NCBI GenBank assembly: GCA_050298595.1
Contig: JBNKUM010000094.1
Span: 189,539 to 253,538 of the forward strand
Length of the DNA stretch: 64,000 bases
From: Gammaproteobacteria bacterium
GTDB taxonomy: Bacteria; Pseudomonadota; Gammaproteobacteria; GCA-001735895
Direction of reading: 5' to 3'
The position numbers and the translations under genes were made by a program. Positions 39,800 to 51,058 of the stretch are shown here, piece by piece. Below the pieces are notes generated by a model. It was not told the origin of the DNA. It was given only the letters and a program-made list of their open reading frames with translations, and did no database searches. The first letter of the stretch is position 1; the number at the start of each line of letters is the position of its first letter.

Positions 39800-39995
39800 T
39801 GGTCCTCATGTTCGGCTCTGGCATCCACGGCTCTGGCTTCCTGCTTCGCCCTACCTCCTCCCTCCCTGGAGTCGTACTTCGCTCTATCACCTAAATCCCT
39901 TTAGGTGTCCTGCATTGTTCTACCTTCGACCATCCATAGTCTCGTACCTTCACTCATCTCTGAGCTTGTGCCACCTACGTCCATGTAAGCGTCCA
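39800..39995 (-). other. cluster of GGA-loop hairpins (Csr/Rsm-sRNA-like or repeat element)
   Basis: About 11 TCC motifs on the + strand, several in hairpin loops (CACCTAAATCCCTTTAGGTG, GACCATCCATAGTC). Confidence 0.45.
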
Positions 39996-40310
39996 GAGTG
40001 TGAGCGATAGATGTAAATTGTAAGCACTGACCCTATCAGCCTATCCCTTTTTCAGATGAGTGTCGTACGCTAAATAGCTTATGTGGTTTTCTGATCTACG
40101 CTGTTTAGCTAATTGTAAGACGGCTATCTATCATCTAAATTATCTCTGTAGATATATTCTTCGTAGGATTTTTTTATTTAGAAAGCATCTTGCTGGAATA
40201 GTTATTTTTGATAAAAACGGGAATATTCGAGCTTAAATTTCACGTTTGGTTTTCAATAATATAAAAAAGTCTACGTTAAATCCATTACACACTTTCAGAA
40301 GGATTATATT

Positions 40311-40745
40311 ATGAAAACATCTCAAAGCGGTTTCACTCTTATCGAGCTGGTCGTGGTTATTGTTTTGCTGGGTATTCTTGGGGTTACTGCACTGGGGAAG
40401 TATCAGGATTTATCTGGAAGCGCAAGAAAAGCCGCCTTATCAGGAATTGCTTCAGAAATATCAGGTGCTTCAAAAATAAATTTTGCCAAAGGCTATGCGA
40501 GCGGTAATTACACTGTAGATCTTAAAGCTAGTGATGTTTGCACGGTAAGTATTTTAAAAAAATTACTCCAAACTGGAGAATTTCCTACCGCTTCCCCAGC
40601 CTATGCTGTGAATGGATTAGGTGATTGCTCAGGTGGGGCAGGGACAACAACAAGTTGTATCATATATCAGGATACTGACACAACGACTGGAGGATATAAC
40701 GCAGATGATGCCCAAGCAGTTGCCACTCTGATATGTGGTGGGTAA
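40311..40745 (+). CDS. type IV pilin, MSHA-like (1)
   Basis: QSG|FTLIEL prepilin motif; C-terminal Cys residues. Confidence 0.9.
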   Translation: MKTSQSGFTLIELVVVIVLLGILGVTALGKYQDLSGSARKAALSGIASEISGASKINFAKGYASGNYTVDLKASDVCTVSILKKLLQTGEFPTASPAYAVNGLGDCSGGAGTTTSCIIYQDTDTTTGGYNADDAQAVATLICGG

Positions 40746-40858
40746 TACATTAATTAACCTTAAAAATGAAGTCAGGAACAGTTCATACCTGGCTTCTATG
40801 CCAATAATAAATAAATGTCTGCGTTAAATCCATTACACACTTTCAGAAGGATTATATT

Positions 40859-41353
40859 ATGAAAAAATCTCAAAGCGGTTTCACTCTTATCGAGTTGGTC
40901 GTAGTTATTGTTTTGCTAGGTATTCTTGGGGTTACTGCAATGGGGAGATTTCAGGACTTGTCTGGTAATGCAGAGCAGGGGGCCCTTAATGGTATCGCGA
41001 CTGAAATAACCGGTGCCGCAACCCTCAATTATACATCCAGCCTTTTATCTTCAAATCCTGGTGACTTTGCTTTAGATATAGGTGATACAACAAATGGTAA
41101 TGGTGTCGCCACAATGAGCACATCTGCTACAGCAACTGCTTGTACTGCAGCAGGGCTTGCTAGTTTACTTAACGGGGGGGCTTTACCTAAAGTTGGAGCA
41201 GGCACAGCGGTTACTGCAACAGCTTTTATAGCAGGTACTACCACTGAAATTACAGATGCCAATTTATGTGCCGCACCAGGTGATACCTTTAGTTGCCAAA
41301 TTACAGGTGGTGCTTCAGCAAAGGCATTAGTCACTTTAATCTGTACTGAATAA
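40859..41353 (+). CDS. type IV pilin, MSHA-like (2)
   Basis: QSG|FTLIEL prepilin motif. Confidence 0.9.
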   Translation: MKKSQSGFTLIELVVVIVLLGILGVTAMGRFQDLSGNAEQGALNGIATEITGAATLNYTSSLLSSNPGDFALDIGDTTNGNGVATMSTSATATACTAAGLASLLNGGALPKVGAGTAVTATAFIAGTTTEITDANLCAAPGDTFSCQITGGASAKALVTLICTE

Positions 41354-42304
41354 AGACGCTATCCTGCTCAAAAGACAGGGACGTATCCGATTCTTTAGAA
41401 AAAGAATATCAAGCGTATCAAGGGGTAGGAACGTTGAGCATTAAGGTTGACCAGGAATGACGAAACAGGGAAGTGTGGGTGTTAATGTTTGGTCGCTTAT
41501 ATTAACGGTGAACTTCTGAGGCTTAAATACCTGTATCTACTGATCAATGGGAGCCTTGTACTTTTGTACTTCATTTGGGATGCATGGAGTTGAGAGGTCG
41601 GTAATTATGCGGCATGTCAATATATGGGGGCACCGGTTCGCCGTGTTATTAATCCTCTCGAAAAAAACTGGTTTGACTGCTCCCGTAGATTGAAAACTTC
41701 GCAATGAAGATTTTTAATTTTAGGGGCTGTCTTATTCCTAAATAATTATGGATATCCAGGTATTGGAAAGAAAATTTAACTTCAACTATTCAGCTACAGC
41801 TTCAGTTAAAAGATAGGGCTATTAAATCCAAATTCGGATTTTGTTAAACCGTTTCGGGTATTTTTTCTGGCTGGCTTCAAGCACAAAATAATCCTGCAAG
41901 CTGTATTACTTTATTGAAGGAAGAAAGAATTATCAGGGGATTGAGGGTTATGTGTTGGAAAAACTTCAGCGTAGCACTTCTGACTGGTCGATCTGCAGTA
42001 ATATCGATAGCAAAGATGTTGGGTAATGAAAGTGGGTGTTCCGGTTTATCAGTTTATGCCAGTTGATGTACTAAACTATCTGGCATTGATTGCCAGATGA
42101 ATGTCTCAGTGCCGTATGCTAATGGGATTATATTGTTTTCTTATCTACGTTGTTATGCTAGTTTTACGGCGTCTGTCTATTATCTAATTTTCATCCCTGA
42201 TTATTACACTTCGAAGTGGTAGGACAGAAAGTGGTCTCAATCTTGTTTTGAGCCGGTAGACCCAGATTTACCTTATAACCTGTTTAATACAAAAGGAATT
42301 TTCG

Positions 42305-45300
42305 ATGTTTTTTTCATCCGTTCATAATGCTCTGTTCCATCAACGTCTGTCACTGCTATTACCCCTGATACTCCTGTTTGCTGGACCCGGTGCACAGGCC
42401 GCCAGCTTCGATTGTACGAAGGCTTCAAGTTCCACAGAAAAAACAATCTGCAGCGACAACAGTCTTTCTGAACTCGACACTCAGTTGGGACAGCATTACC
42501 GCAATGTACTTGATGTGGCAGAAGATAGTGTCAGCGCAAAGGTGAAGGAAGAGCAACGTCTATGGATCAAGCAGCGCAATAATTGTACAAATACGCAATG
42601 TATGGCTGATAGCTATAGCCAACGAATTTCCGAACTGGTCAACCTCTACCAGCAGGCAATCTATGCCGGTAAGGATATCGAGGTAAGCTCCGTGCTGGAA
42701 CAGAACTATGACAATGCTGCGTCAATTGTCGTGCGCTTCAACGTACCGGTTGATCGCAATGCAGATTTCCGTAGTCGTCTGGAGATCAGTCAGGATGGTA
42801 AGCAACTTGATGCATCCAACTGGCTGATTAACGAAGATGGATTACTGGCGGTCTATCCCTTTATTGAACCCTCAACAGAATACAGCATACAGGTGAAGCC
42901 TGGCCTTCGCGCTATTAACGGCCGTAGCCACTCAGGCAACCGCTCTTTCAGCGTCTCTAGCCGTCGCAGTGTGCCAAGTGCCTCATTCGCCAGCTCAGGA
43001 CAGGTCATGAGCAATCACTTAAAACCTGCATTACCGGTAGTTACGCTGGATGTGGATGAAGTTGATGTGGATTTTTTTCATATAGCCGTTGCTGACATTG
43101 CCAAATGGAGTCACCTCAATAATGGTCAAAGACGCAGTTACTACCAGTTAGAAAGTTTTACTCAGAAGAATCCGCTGGTTTACAGTGCGCGCTTCCCGAT
43201 ACCCAACAAGCGTCATCAACGCACTACCACCAATCTGGATCTGAGTGGGATACCGCCACTGCAACAGAATGGCGCTTATCTTGCCGTATTGCGTGTACCC
43301 GGTAAATACAGCCATTCCTATGAAACCAATTTTTTCACCGTTAGCGATATCGGTGTTCAGGTTCGTCGTACCGAGAAAGGTATGCATATACTCGCGAACT
43401 CCATCGCTACCGGCGAAGCACTTGAAGGTATTGAAATCTCGCTGTACAAGGGCAATGAACTGAATGCAAGCCAGACCACCGCAAACAATGGAATCGCCAG
43501 CTTTAGTAACTGGTTCAAGGGCACCAATACCTTGATTGCACACAAGGGCAATCAATACTCTATCCTTCGTCTGGATAAACCGTTGGATCTTTCCGGCATT
43601 AGTAACGCTACTGCGCGACACCAGCAGATGCAGGTATTTGCCTGGGGGCCGCGTGACCTGTACCGCCCCGGAGAAAAGCTCGAAACCTATGCCATTGTGC
43701 GTGATCACGATGGACGCCAGCTACGTGATACACCACTACGCGCCAGTCTGGTGAATGCAACCGGTGCCCAGCTAATCAATGCTACATTGAACCGCGAAGT
43801 TGATGGCAGCTATCACTTTACCCATCAACTGACCGATACCGCCAAGCCCGGAAAATGGAAGCTGGTTTACCGCAATCCCGGCACCGATGAGATACTCACC
43901 GAGTATGCTTTCTCGGTAGAAGAATTCATGCCGGAACGTATGGAACTCACCCTGTTCGATGGAGACCCACTACGCCGTCGGCTAGTCTACGATATCAATC
44001 AGATTAAAATCCCTGTATCCGGTGACTATCTGTATGGCGCACCTGCCTCGGGTAACGCTGTGGATGGCTACCTGCTGGCAGAACTCGACCGTCACCCATT
44101 CGAGCAATGGAAAAGCTACAGCTTTGGGGTCGACAAGGAAAACATTCCCAATGCGCGACTGACCCTGCCGAAAATCACCCTGGATGAGGCGGGCAAGGCA
44201 GAGTGGGCAATAGATCTGGGCAACTGGAAAAATGTTAACTCCCCGCTCGCCCTGACCACAACAGCCAGTCTTTACGAAAGCGGTGGCAGGCCGGTTACCC
44301 GAACCCTGAGTGCTACCCGCATCAAGCAGCAGGAGATGGTCGGTATCGAACCCCAGTTTAAGGACCAGGCCAGTAACGATAGTCGAGTGGGCTTCAAGCT
44401 GATTTTGACCGATAACCAGGGTGCACAACGTGCAGGAAATTACCAGTACGTACTCATCCGTGAAGATCGAAACTATTACTGGACCTACGATGATAACGGC
44501 GGCTGGAACTGGCACTACGATCCAATGGAGTATGAGAGTTACTCCGGTAAACTGAAATTTGCGGACGATGAGGCACTGAGCATTCAGGTCCCTGTTGAAT
44601 GGGGCAATTATCGTCTTGAGGTACGCAATAAAAGCAATACTACTGTCAGCAGCTACCGCTTTCGCACTAGCTGGTACTGGTGGGGCAATAGTGAAAGCGG
44701 TGCGGCAGTGCGACCCGATCAGGTCAGCATGGGCTTTCGCGATAAGATCTACCAGGCCGGCGATACTGCCCATCTGCTGCTGACTCCAGCAACAGCTGGC
44801 CTCGCTACTATCACAGTTGAAGATAACGACAAGATCCTGTGGGTATCGCAGGTAGATGTCGAAGCGAAAAAGACCGAGATCGAGATCCCCATCATGTCCG
44901 ACTGGTCACGTCATGATATCTATGTCACCGCAACCATCCTGAGTCCGGGTGATATGAAACATAGCGTGGCACCGAAACGCGCATTCGGTTTTATCAACCT
45001 GCCGCTCAGACGTAAGGATGCTGCCTTCGATGTGACCATTGAGGTACCGGAAAAAATCGAACCATTGCAGCATGTGTCCGCCAGGGTCAGGCTCAGCGGT
45101 AACCCGGTTGCAGATAATACCTATGTCACGCTGGCGGCAGTCGATGTGGGCGTGTTGAATATCACCCGCTTTAAGACACCCGATCCGGTTGCACAACTTT
45201 ATGGTGCTCGGCGCTACGAAGCCAGTTACTACGACCTGTATGGGCAGATAATAGATAACGCCGGTTTTGACTACAGTCAGCAGAGATTCGGTGGTGGTTT

Positions 45301-47437
45301 TGCGCAATCCGCAGCCGAGCTATCACGTGGTGGCGATAAACCTAAGAATGATGTGCAAATCGTAGCTCTGCAATCTGCTCCGGTGCTGGTCAATTCAGAT
45401 GGCGTAGCCACTGTTGAGATCGATATCCCTGAGTTCAATGGAAAGCTGCGCTGGATGGCTATCGTCTACTCTGAGCAAACCTTTGGCAGTGCAGAAACCA
45501 ATAGCACCGTGGCCGAGAAGCTGGTCACCCAGCTCTCCAAACCACGATTCCTGGCGCTGGATGATCAATCCGAACTGACGCTGGATCTGAGCAACATGAG
45601 CGGGTTATCCCAGCATTTGAAGGTCAGCCTGAAAACATCAGGTGCGCTGCAGGCGCAACAATGGGATAAGGCCCTGGTGCTGGCTGACGCCCACAAGGAT
45701 ACCTTGCGTTTCCCGATTACGGCACAACAGATCGGCGAGGGTAATATTGAGCTTAAGGTAGAGAATGATCTTACAGGCAAAGATGCCCTGTCGCTGAAGC
45801 GTAGCTGGAAGCTGGGGGTACGCTATGCCTATCCGGCTGTGGCACGCAAAGCTATGGAGATCATCAACCCAGGCAAGATCTGGCAGCCGCAAATCGCTTT
45901 AAACGATCTGGTCAGCGACAGTGTGCAGGCGCAGCTGATTCTATCCAGCCAGCCGCCGATTGATGTTAATTCACAGTTTGAGCACCTGCTGAAATACCCC
46001 TATGGCTGTACCGAGCAAAGTACCAGCTCTGGATACCCCTGGGTATTGGTCGATCTTGATGCGGCCGAGCGCATGAAACTGTTGCCGATCATCCAGCGCG
46101 AATTTAAAAAGGAGTACAGCGCTGATTTCCGCAAGCAACAGATCGAAAAAGCGGTCAAACGGATCACACCGCGCCAGAATAGCTCCGGAGGCTTTGGTTT
46201 GTGGTCGGGTAGCGATAGTGAATCCTACTGGTTGACTGCTTATGTGACCGATTTCCTCACGGATGCAGAACTGGCCGGTGCCAACGTCGATAGAGAGGTG
46301 CTGAACAAAGCGATCAAGCGACTGCAGGAATACCTGCAGGAACGAGTACGTTTTGCCAGTCGCTGGGGCAGTGATGATCAGTACTATTCGTTCGCGACTC
46401 GTGCCTATGCCGCTTACGTATTAGCCAAGATTAATCGCGTACGTCTGTCTGATCTGCGTCGACTCTACACTGCGACAGAAAAAAGCTATGAAGATACGCC
46501 GCTACCCTGGGCGCATCTGGGCTATGCACTCGATAAGGCAGGTGATGTTAATCGGGCCACAGCAGCATTTGACAAAGCCAGAGGACTGAAACATTCCGGG
46601 CAACACCATGGATACTACGATAGCGAACTGCGAGACCTGTCGCTCAGCTATGCAATTCTGGCATCGCGCGGTAAGGCTTCGGCAGAAATCCTGTTGACGA
46701 TTTTTGAACTCACCAAAAAACGCCAGTGGCTGAGTACCCAGGAACGTAATGCCCTGTTCAAGGCCGCGCTGGCGGCGAATACGCAAACTGGTGAAGCATT
46801 GCTTGCGCTGATCCAGACGCGCGATTTCAAACAGGATGTCGATCAGAAAGAAGCGTTCAAATCGATCCTCAACTACCAGCAACTGGAATCGCTGCAATCT
46901 ATCAGCAGTAAAGACAGCACGGTGTATGCCAGCCTGGAGGTGATAGGAAACCAGTCTGGCCTACCAGAGCCGGAGAGTAACGGCTTCAGCATCAAGCGCG
47001 ACTATTTTGACATCAACGGTAAGGCTATCCAGCTAAGCGAGTTAAAAGGTGGCGAGATGGTGGTGGTGCGTATCAATGTCAGCGCCACCGAGCATACGTC
47101 GAATGCACTTGTCGTAGACCTGCTACCCGCAGGCCTCGAACTGGAGAACCAGAACCTGGCTAACGCCAGCGTTGATCTGAGTCGCATAGCGATTGATGGG
47201 GCCGAACTGAAAGACTGGCAGAGTAAGGCACAAGTCGAGCATGTGGAATATCGTGATGACCGCTTTGTCGCTGCCCTTGCGGTCAATGAATACGGTTCAC
47301 GCGATATCTTTTATCTGGCGCGAGCGGTCACCCCTGGCATCTACCGTGTACCGCCGCCTCTCATCGAAGATATGTATCGGCCATACCTCCGTGCCGTAGG
47401 CTCGACGGTTGAAACGGTGCGTATCACCAGTCCATAG
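42305..47437 (+). CDS. bacterial alpha-2-macroglobulin with N-terminal LprI/DUF1311-like domain
   Basis: RDLYRPGE, YPYGCTEQ thioester, DLLPAGLE; N-terminal ASFDCxKA...ICSD. Confidence 0.93.
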   Translation: MFFSSVHNALFHQRLSLLLPLILLFAGPGAQAASFDCTKASSSTEKTICSDNSLSELDTQLGQHYRNVLDVAEDSVSAKVKEEQRLWIKQRNNCTNTQCMADSYSQRISELVNLYQQAIYAGKDIEVSSVLEQNYDNAASIVVRFNVPVDRNADFRSRLEISQDGKQLDASNWLINEDGLLAVYPFIEPSTEYSIQVKPGLRAINGRSHSGNRSFSVSSRRSVPSASFASSGQVMSNHLKPALPVVTLDVDEVDVDFFHIAVADIAKWSHLNNGQRRSYYQLESFTQKNPLVYSARFPIPNKRHQRTTTNLDLSGIPPLQQNGAYLAVLRVPGKYSHSYETNFFTVSDIGVQVRRTEKGMHILANSIATGEALEGIEISLYKGNELNASQTTANNGIASFSNWFKGTNTLIAHKGNQYSILRLDKPLDLSGISNATARHQQMQVFAWGPRDLYRPGEKLETYAIVRDHDGRQLRDTPLRASLVNATGAQLINATLNREVDGSYHFTHQLTDTAKPGKWKLVYRNPGTDEILTEYAFSVEEFMPERMELTLFDGDPLRRRLVYDINQIKIPVSGDYLYGAPASGNAVDGYLLAELDRHPFEQWKSYSFGVDKENIPNARLTLPKITLDEAGKAEWAIDLGNWKNVNSPLALTTTASLYESGGRPVTRTLSATRIKQQEMVGIEPQFKDQASNDSRVGFKLILTDNQGAQRAGNYQYVLIREDRNYYWTYDDNGGWNWHYDPMEYESYSGKLKFADDEALSIQVPVEWGNYRLEVRNKSNTTVSSYRFRTSWYWWGNSESGAAVRPDQVSMGFRDKIYQAGDTAHLLLTPATAGLATITVEDNDKILWVSQVDVEAKKTEIEIPIMSDWSRHDIYVTATILSPGDMKHSVAPKRAFGFINLPLRRKDAAFDVTIEVPEKIEPLQHVSARVRLSGNPVADNTYVTLAAVDVGVLNITRFKTPDPVAQLYGARRYEASYYDLYGQIIDNAGFDYSQQRFGGGFAQSAAELSRGGDKPKNDVQIVALQSAPVLVNSDGVATVEIDIPEFNGKLRWMAIVYSEQTFGSAETNSTVAEKLVTQLSKPRFLALDDQSELTLDLSNMSGLSQHLKVSLKTSGALQAQQWDKALVLADAHKDTLRFPITAQQIGEGNIELKVENDLTGKDALSLKRSWKLGVRYAYPAVARKAMEIINPGKIWQPQIALNDLVSDSVQAQLILSSQPPIDVNSQFEHLLKYPYGCTEQSTSSGYPWVLVDLDAAERMKLLPIIQREFKKEYSADFRKQQIEKAVKRITPRQNSSGGFGLWSGSDSESYWLTAYVTDFLTDAELAGANVDREVLNKAIKRLQEYLQERVRFASRWGSDDQYYSFATRAYAAYVLAKINRVRLSDLRRLYTATEKSYEDTPLPWAHLGYALDKAGDVNRATAAFDKARGLKHSGQHHGYYDSELRDLSLSYAILASRGKASAEILLTIFELTKKRQWLSTQERNALFKAALAANTQTGEALLALIQTRDFKQDVDQKEAFKSILNYQQLESLQSISSKDSTVYASLEVIGNQSGLPEPESNGFSIKRDYFDINGKAIQLSELKGGEMVVVRINVSATEHTSNALVVDLLPAGLELENQNLANASVDLSRIAIDGAELKDWQSKAQVEHVEYRDDRFVAALAVNEYGSRDIFYLARAVTPGIYRVPPPLIEDMYRPYLRAVGSTVETVRITSP

Positions 47438-49764
47438 TGGGGCATTTGCGATTACAACGGAGCTGGCGTTTAGTCAGCTCCGTTGTGCTGGTGGCTGGGC
47501 TGTTGTTTGCTGGCTTCCTGCTATTTGATCAAATCTATCCCGTCGATCTGCAGCCACGAAGCGCCGCACAGGTAGTCATCGATAGCCGTGGTGAACCGTT
47601 ACGTGCCTTTGCCGATGAACAGGGTGAGTGGCGTTATATGGTTCGCCTGGATCAGGTTTCACCACTTTATATTAAGACCCTGATCGCCTACGAAGACCGC
47701 TGGTTTTATCGTCACTTTGGGGTCAATCCACTGTCCCTGCTACGCGCTGCGCTGCAGTGGATACGTAATGGCTATATCGTGTCCGGTGGCTCCACTCTGA
47801 CTATGCAGGTGGCACGTATACGCTATGATCAAGCCCCTGGCATCGCGGGAAAAATTTTGCAGATGCTGCAGGCGCTACAACTGGAATGGCATTACAGCAA
47901 GGATGAAATCCTCGAGTACTATGTCAATCACGCACCTTTTGGTGGCACTCTGCAGGGGGTTGAGGCCGCCAGCCGGAGTTACTTCGGATATCCATCCGCG
48001 CAACTGACTCAGGCACAGGCCGCATTGCTGGCCGTGTTACCTCAGTCTCCGAGTCGCTACCGTCCAGATCGCTATCCTGAACAGGCACAAAAGCAACGCA
48101 ACAAGGTGCTGGACCGCCTGGTACAATATCAGATACTGACTGCAGAGCAGGCCAGTGATGCCAAACTCGAAAACGTAGACGCAAATCCGCCCCGTTTTGA
48201 GATACTGGCACCCCTGTTGAGTCGACGCCTGATGCGTCAATATCCCGCAGCACAGATCATCCCCAGCTTTATCGAGCGCGACCTGCAACGTCGTATTGAA
48301 GCGCTCGCATTCGACCAGAAGCAGATCCTGCCGCCGCATACCTCGCTGGCGATTCTGGTTATGGAGCATGGCAGCGGCAAGGTGGTCGCCTATGCGGGTT
48401 CTATCGACATGACAGATAGCGAACGTTTCGGCTATATCGATATGGTGACCGCCGAGCGCTCACCCGGTTCGACCCTGAAACCCTTTATCTACGGGCTGGC
48501 GCTGGATGAAGGTTTGATTCATAGCCAGAGCCTGTTGATGGATGTTCCACTGACCTTTGGCGATTATCGACCCCAGAATTTTACGCGCGGGTTTTCCGGA
48601 GCGGTTAGTGTCAGCCGGGCATTGCAAAAGTCGCTGAATATCCCGGCCGTTCAGGTGCTGGAGCAACTTGGCCCCGGCAACTTTTTTGCCCGCATGCAAA
48701 CCGCTGGAGCCGGGCTTTTGCTGCCGCCTGATGCCACCCCGAACCTGACGCTGGCGCTTGGTGGGGAAGCAACAAACCTGCAACATCTGGTCGCCCTGTA
48801 TAGCGCACTGGCTAATGAAGGCTACGCGATTACACCCAGGTTCACTGCGCTTGACAGCATACAAAGACGCAAGCTACTCAGCCCCGGTGCCGCCTGGATT
48901 ATTCGAGATATTCTGGCGCAGGCAAAGGTTGGAGAAAGCTGGCGCCAGAATGTCGCCATCAAGACTGGAACCAGTTATGGTAACCGCGATGCCTGGGCCA
49001 TAGGTGCTAGCGAACACCATACCATTGGCGTCTGGGTGGGTAGCCCGGATAATGCTGCCATGACAGGGCATTATGGCAGCTTTACAGCCGTCCCGATCCT
49101 GCGCTCAGTCTCTGCCATCCTGCCCGACACGGCCTACTCAGCGCATGCGCAGCCGGATAGCGTAACACGCGAGCAGATTTGCTGGCCCGGTGGGCAAAAC
49201 ACACCCGGTCTATGTGATCAGAAGATGGATGCCTGGATACTGGACGGTGTGATACCACCCACGTTGATGGGTAGCCTTGCTCAATCTCCACTCATCTCGA
49301 CACCTTATCAGACCTTCAGCATTGCAGCAGACAGCGGTCTGCGTGCAGCGCTGGGCTGTCACGTTCAGAGCAGGCAACAAACGCTGCCGATCTGGCCTGC
49401 AGCATTACAAAGCTGGATACCAGCAAAATGGCGAAATGTTAATCGAATTCCACCACTCGATCCTCGTTGCAGGCAAAGTGATGGTCTGTTAAGTGAAACC
49501 CCAGTTCAGATCACAGGCCTGGACAGGAATACAAGACTCAAGCGTCATCCAACGACCACCTCACAACCGCAACTTAGTTTCAAGGCTGTTGGCGGACAGC
49601 CTCAATGGTACTGGTTTCTGAATGGAGAACTACTGGACGAGCATGGAGACACCCTTCATCTGAGTATGCCTTTACCCGGCAGTTACCAGTTAGCGGTATC
49701 CGACCAGGCTGGCATGAGCGACGCGCTCGATTTTATTGTCGAGCCGCAGGAAATTTTTCGTTGA
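47437..49764 (+). CDS. pbpC: penicillin-binding protein 1C
   Basis: EDRWF, GGSTLTMQ, STLK, SLN and KTGT motifs; adjacent to alpha-2-macroglobulin. Confidence 0.93.
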   Translation: MGHLRLQRSWRLVSSVVLVAGLLFAGFLLFDQIYPVDLQPRSAAQVVIDSRGEPLRAFADEQGEWRYMVRLDQVSPLYIKTLIAYEDRWFYRHFGVNPLSLLRAALQWIRNGYIVSGGSTLTMQVARIRYDQAPGIAGKILQMLQALQLEWHYSKDEILEYYVNHAPFGGTLQGVEAASRSYFGYPSAQLTQAQAALLAVLPQSPSRYRPDRYPEQAQKQRNKVLDRLVQYQILTAEQASDAKLENVDANPPRFEILAPLLSRRLMRQYPAAQIIPSFIERDLQRRIEALAFDQKQILPPHTSLAILVMEHGSGKVVAYAGSIDMTDSERFGYIDMVTAERSPGSTLKPFIYGLALDEGLIHSQSLLMDVPLTFGDYRPQNFTRGFSGAVSVSRALQKSLNIPAVQVLEQLGPGNFFARMQTAGAGLLLPPDATPNLTLALGGEATNLQHLVALYSALANEGYAITPRFTALDSIQRRKLLSPGAAWIIRDILAQAKVGESWRQNVAIKTGTSYGNRDAWAIGASEHHTIGVWVGSPDNAAMTGHYGSFTAVPILRSVSAILPDTAYSAHAQPDSVTREQICWPGGQNTPGLCDQKMDAWILDGVIPPTLMGSLAQSPLISTPYQTFSIAADSGLRAALGCHVQSRQQTLPIWPAALQSWIPAKWRNVNRIPPLDPRCRQSDGLLSETPVQITGLDRNTRLKRHPTTTSQPQLSFKAVGGQPQWYWFLNGELLDEHGDTLHLSMPLPGSYQLAVSDQAGMSDALDFIVEPQEIFR

Positions 49765-49900
49765 GTTATTTGTTGGGGGGCATGACGACCATGTTTGGTG
49801 TTTTTAATATGAGTTATTTTTGTTTTCTGATTAAAGCATATTATTTTCCAGGGCACTGTACTAGACTCGTTTAATTTCATTTATAAATCAGGGTTTAGAT

Positions 49901-50542
49901 ATGCGTAAACTTATGTTTATTGCTGCAATAGGCTTCGCTGTCTGGTACTGGAATACAGGCCGCTTGCCTTTTATGTCGACTGCAGGAGCTTATGACGAAG
50001 CAGGCAATCCAGTGGTGTGGATATTTACCGTAAAGGGTTGTGGGAAAGCCTGTGAAATAGGGCGGCAAGACCTGAAAAGCAGACGGATTGACTTCGAAGA
50101 AAAATTGATCGATCCAGATAACGCCAGTGATCCAGATGTACAGCTGTGGAAAGATATTGGCAAAGGAGGTTTCCCATTAACTGTTGCTGGCGATATCAAG
50201 ATCAGGGGCAGCGGCAACCTGCCCAGGCTGCAGGAGATGCTCGGTAAGAATTTTGGGGAGCGTTATCTGACCAGCGCTGAAAAAAGGCTCTTCAAAAAAC
50301 ATTTTTATCCTGATGGCACACCCAGGATTGTTTTATATGGTGCCGACTGGTGCCCGTATTGCAAGAAACTCAAAGAAGAATTCGCGGCCAATAATATTGA
50401 TTACCTGGATATAGATGTAGAAAAAAGCAGCAATAGAAAACAGATAGTCAATACCCTGGATATACCTGGTTACCCAGCTATATGGGTCGGTTATACTCGG
50501 GTTAATGGCAGTGACCTTAAAGCGGTTAAAAAACTACTCTAG
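49901..50542 (+). CDS. membrane-anchored double glutaredoxin-like protein
   Basis: CGKAC and WCPYC motifs. Confidence 0.85.
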   Translation: MRKLMFIAAIGFAVWYWNTGRLPFMSTAGAYDEAGNPVVWIFTVKGCGKACEIGRQDLKSRRIDFEEKLIDPDNASDPDVQLWKDIGKGGFPLTVAGDIKIRGSGNLPRLQEMLGKNFGERYLTSAEKRLFKKHFYPDGTPRIVLYGADWCPYCKKLKEEFAANNIDYLDIDVEKSSNRKQIVNTLDIPGYPAIWVGYTRVNGSDLKAVKKLL

Positions 50543-51058
50543 GGGATTGGATATTACAGGGTAACCTTTAGGTACTTCGGGAAAAGTCCATTAAGCCAGT
50601 ACGACTTGTTCAGGCTTCCGTTATATGCAGCTATAACAGCCATGTTAGTGGTAAAAGATGAAACCTTAGCCTGAATATTCCATATAAACCCGAGGCTTAG
50701 ATGTGAAACGTAAGGCCTGACCCCAAAGCCAATACAAGAAAAAGGAAAGCAAGTGCTGAATGGATGATCGTCGGGTAGGCGCAGAGAAATGAGGTAGATT
50801 TCTAGTGTCGAATAGCCACTTGATATATAGGGATATTGAGTTTATCCTACCTGTACTTCTGCTGCGACAGCGTGGTGGTGGTTACCTTACTGCCATAGTT
50901 TTTGGTGGCATCACAGGCAAGTCTTCCCCATCCCGTATACTTCACTCCAGAACAGACCGAACAATTTATTACTCAGCAGCCGATTCGGCGCTTTAATGGT
51001 GTGGGGCGTGTTATCGAAAAGAAACCTGAACAATCATTATTTTGAGAGGATGAGGAAA

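Noticed and set aside
41480-42250. Long intergenic stretch before alpha-2-macroglobulin
   Set aside because: No ORF, repeat or convincing RNA structure; probably decayed sequence
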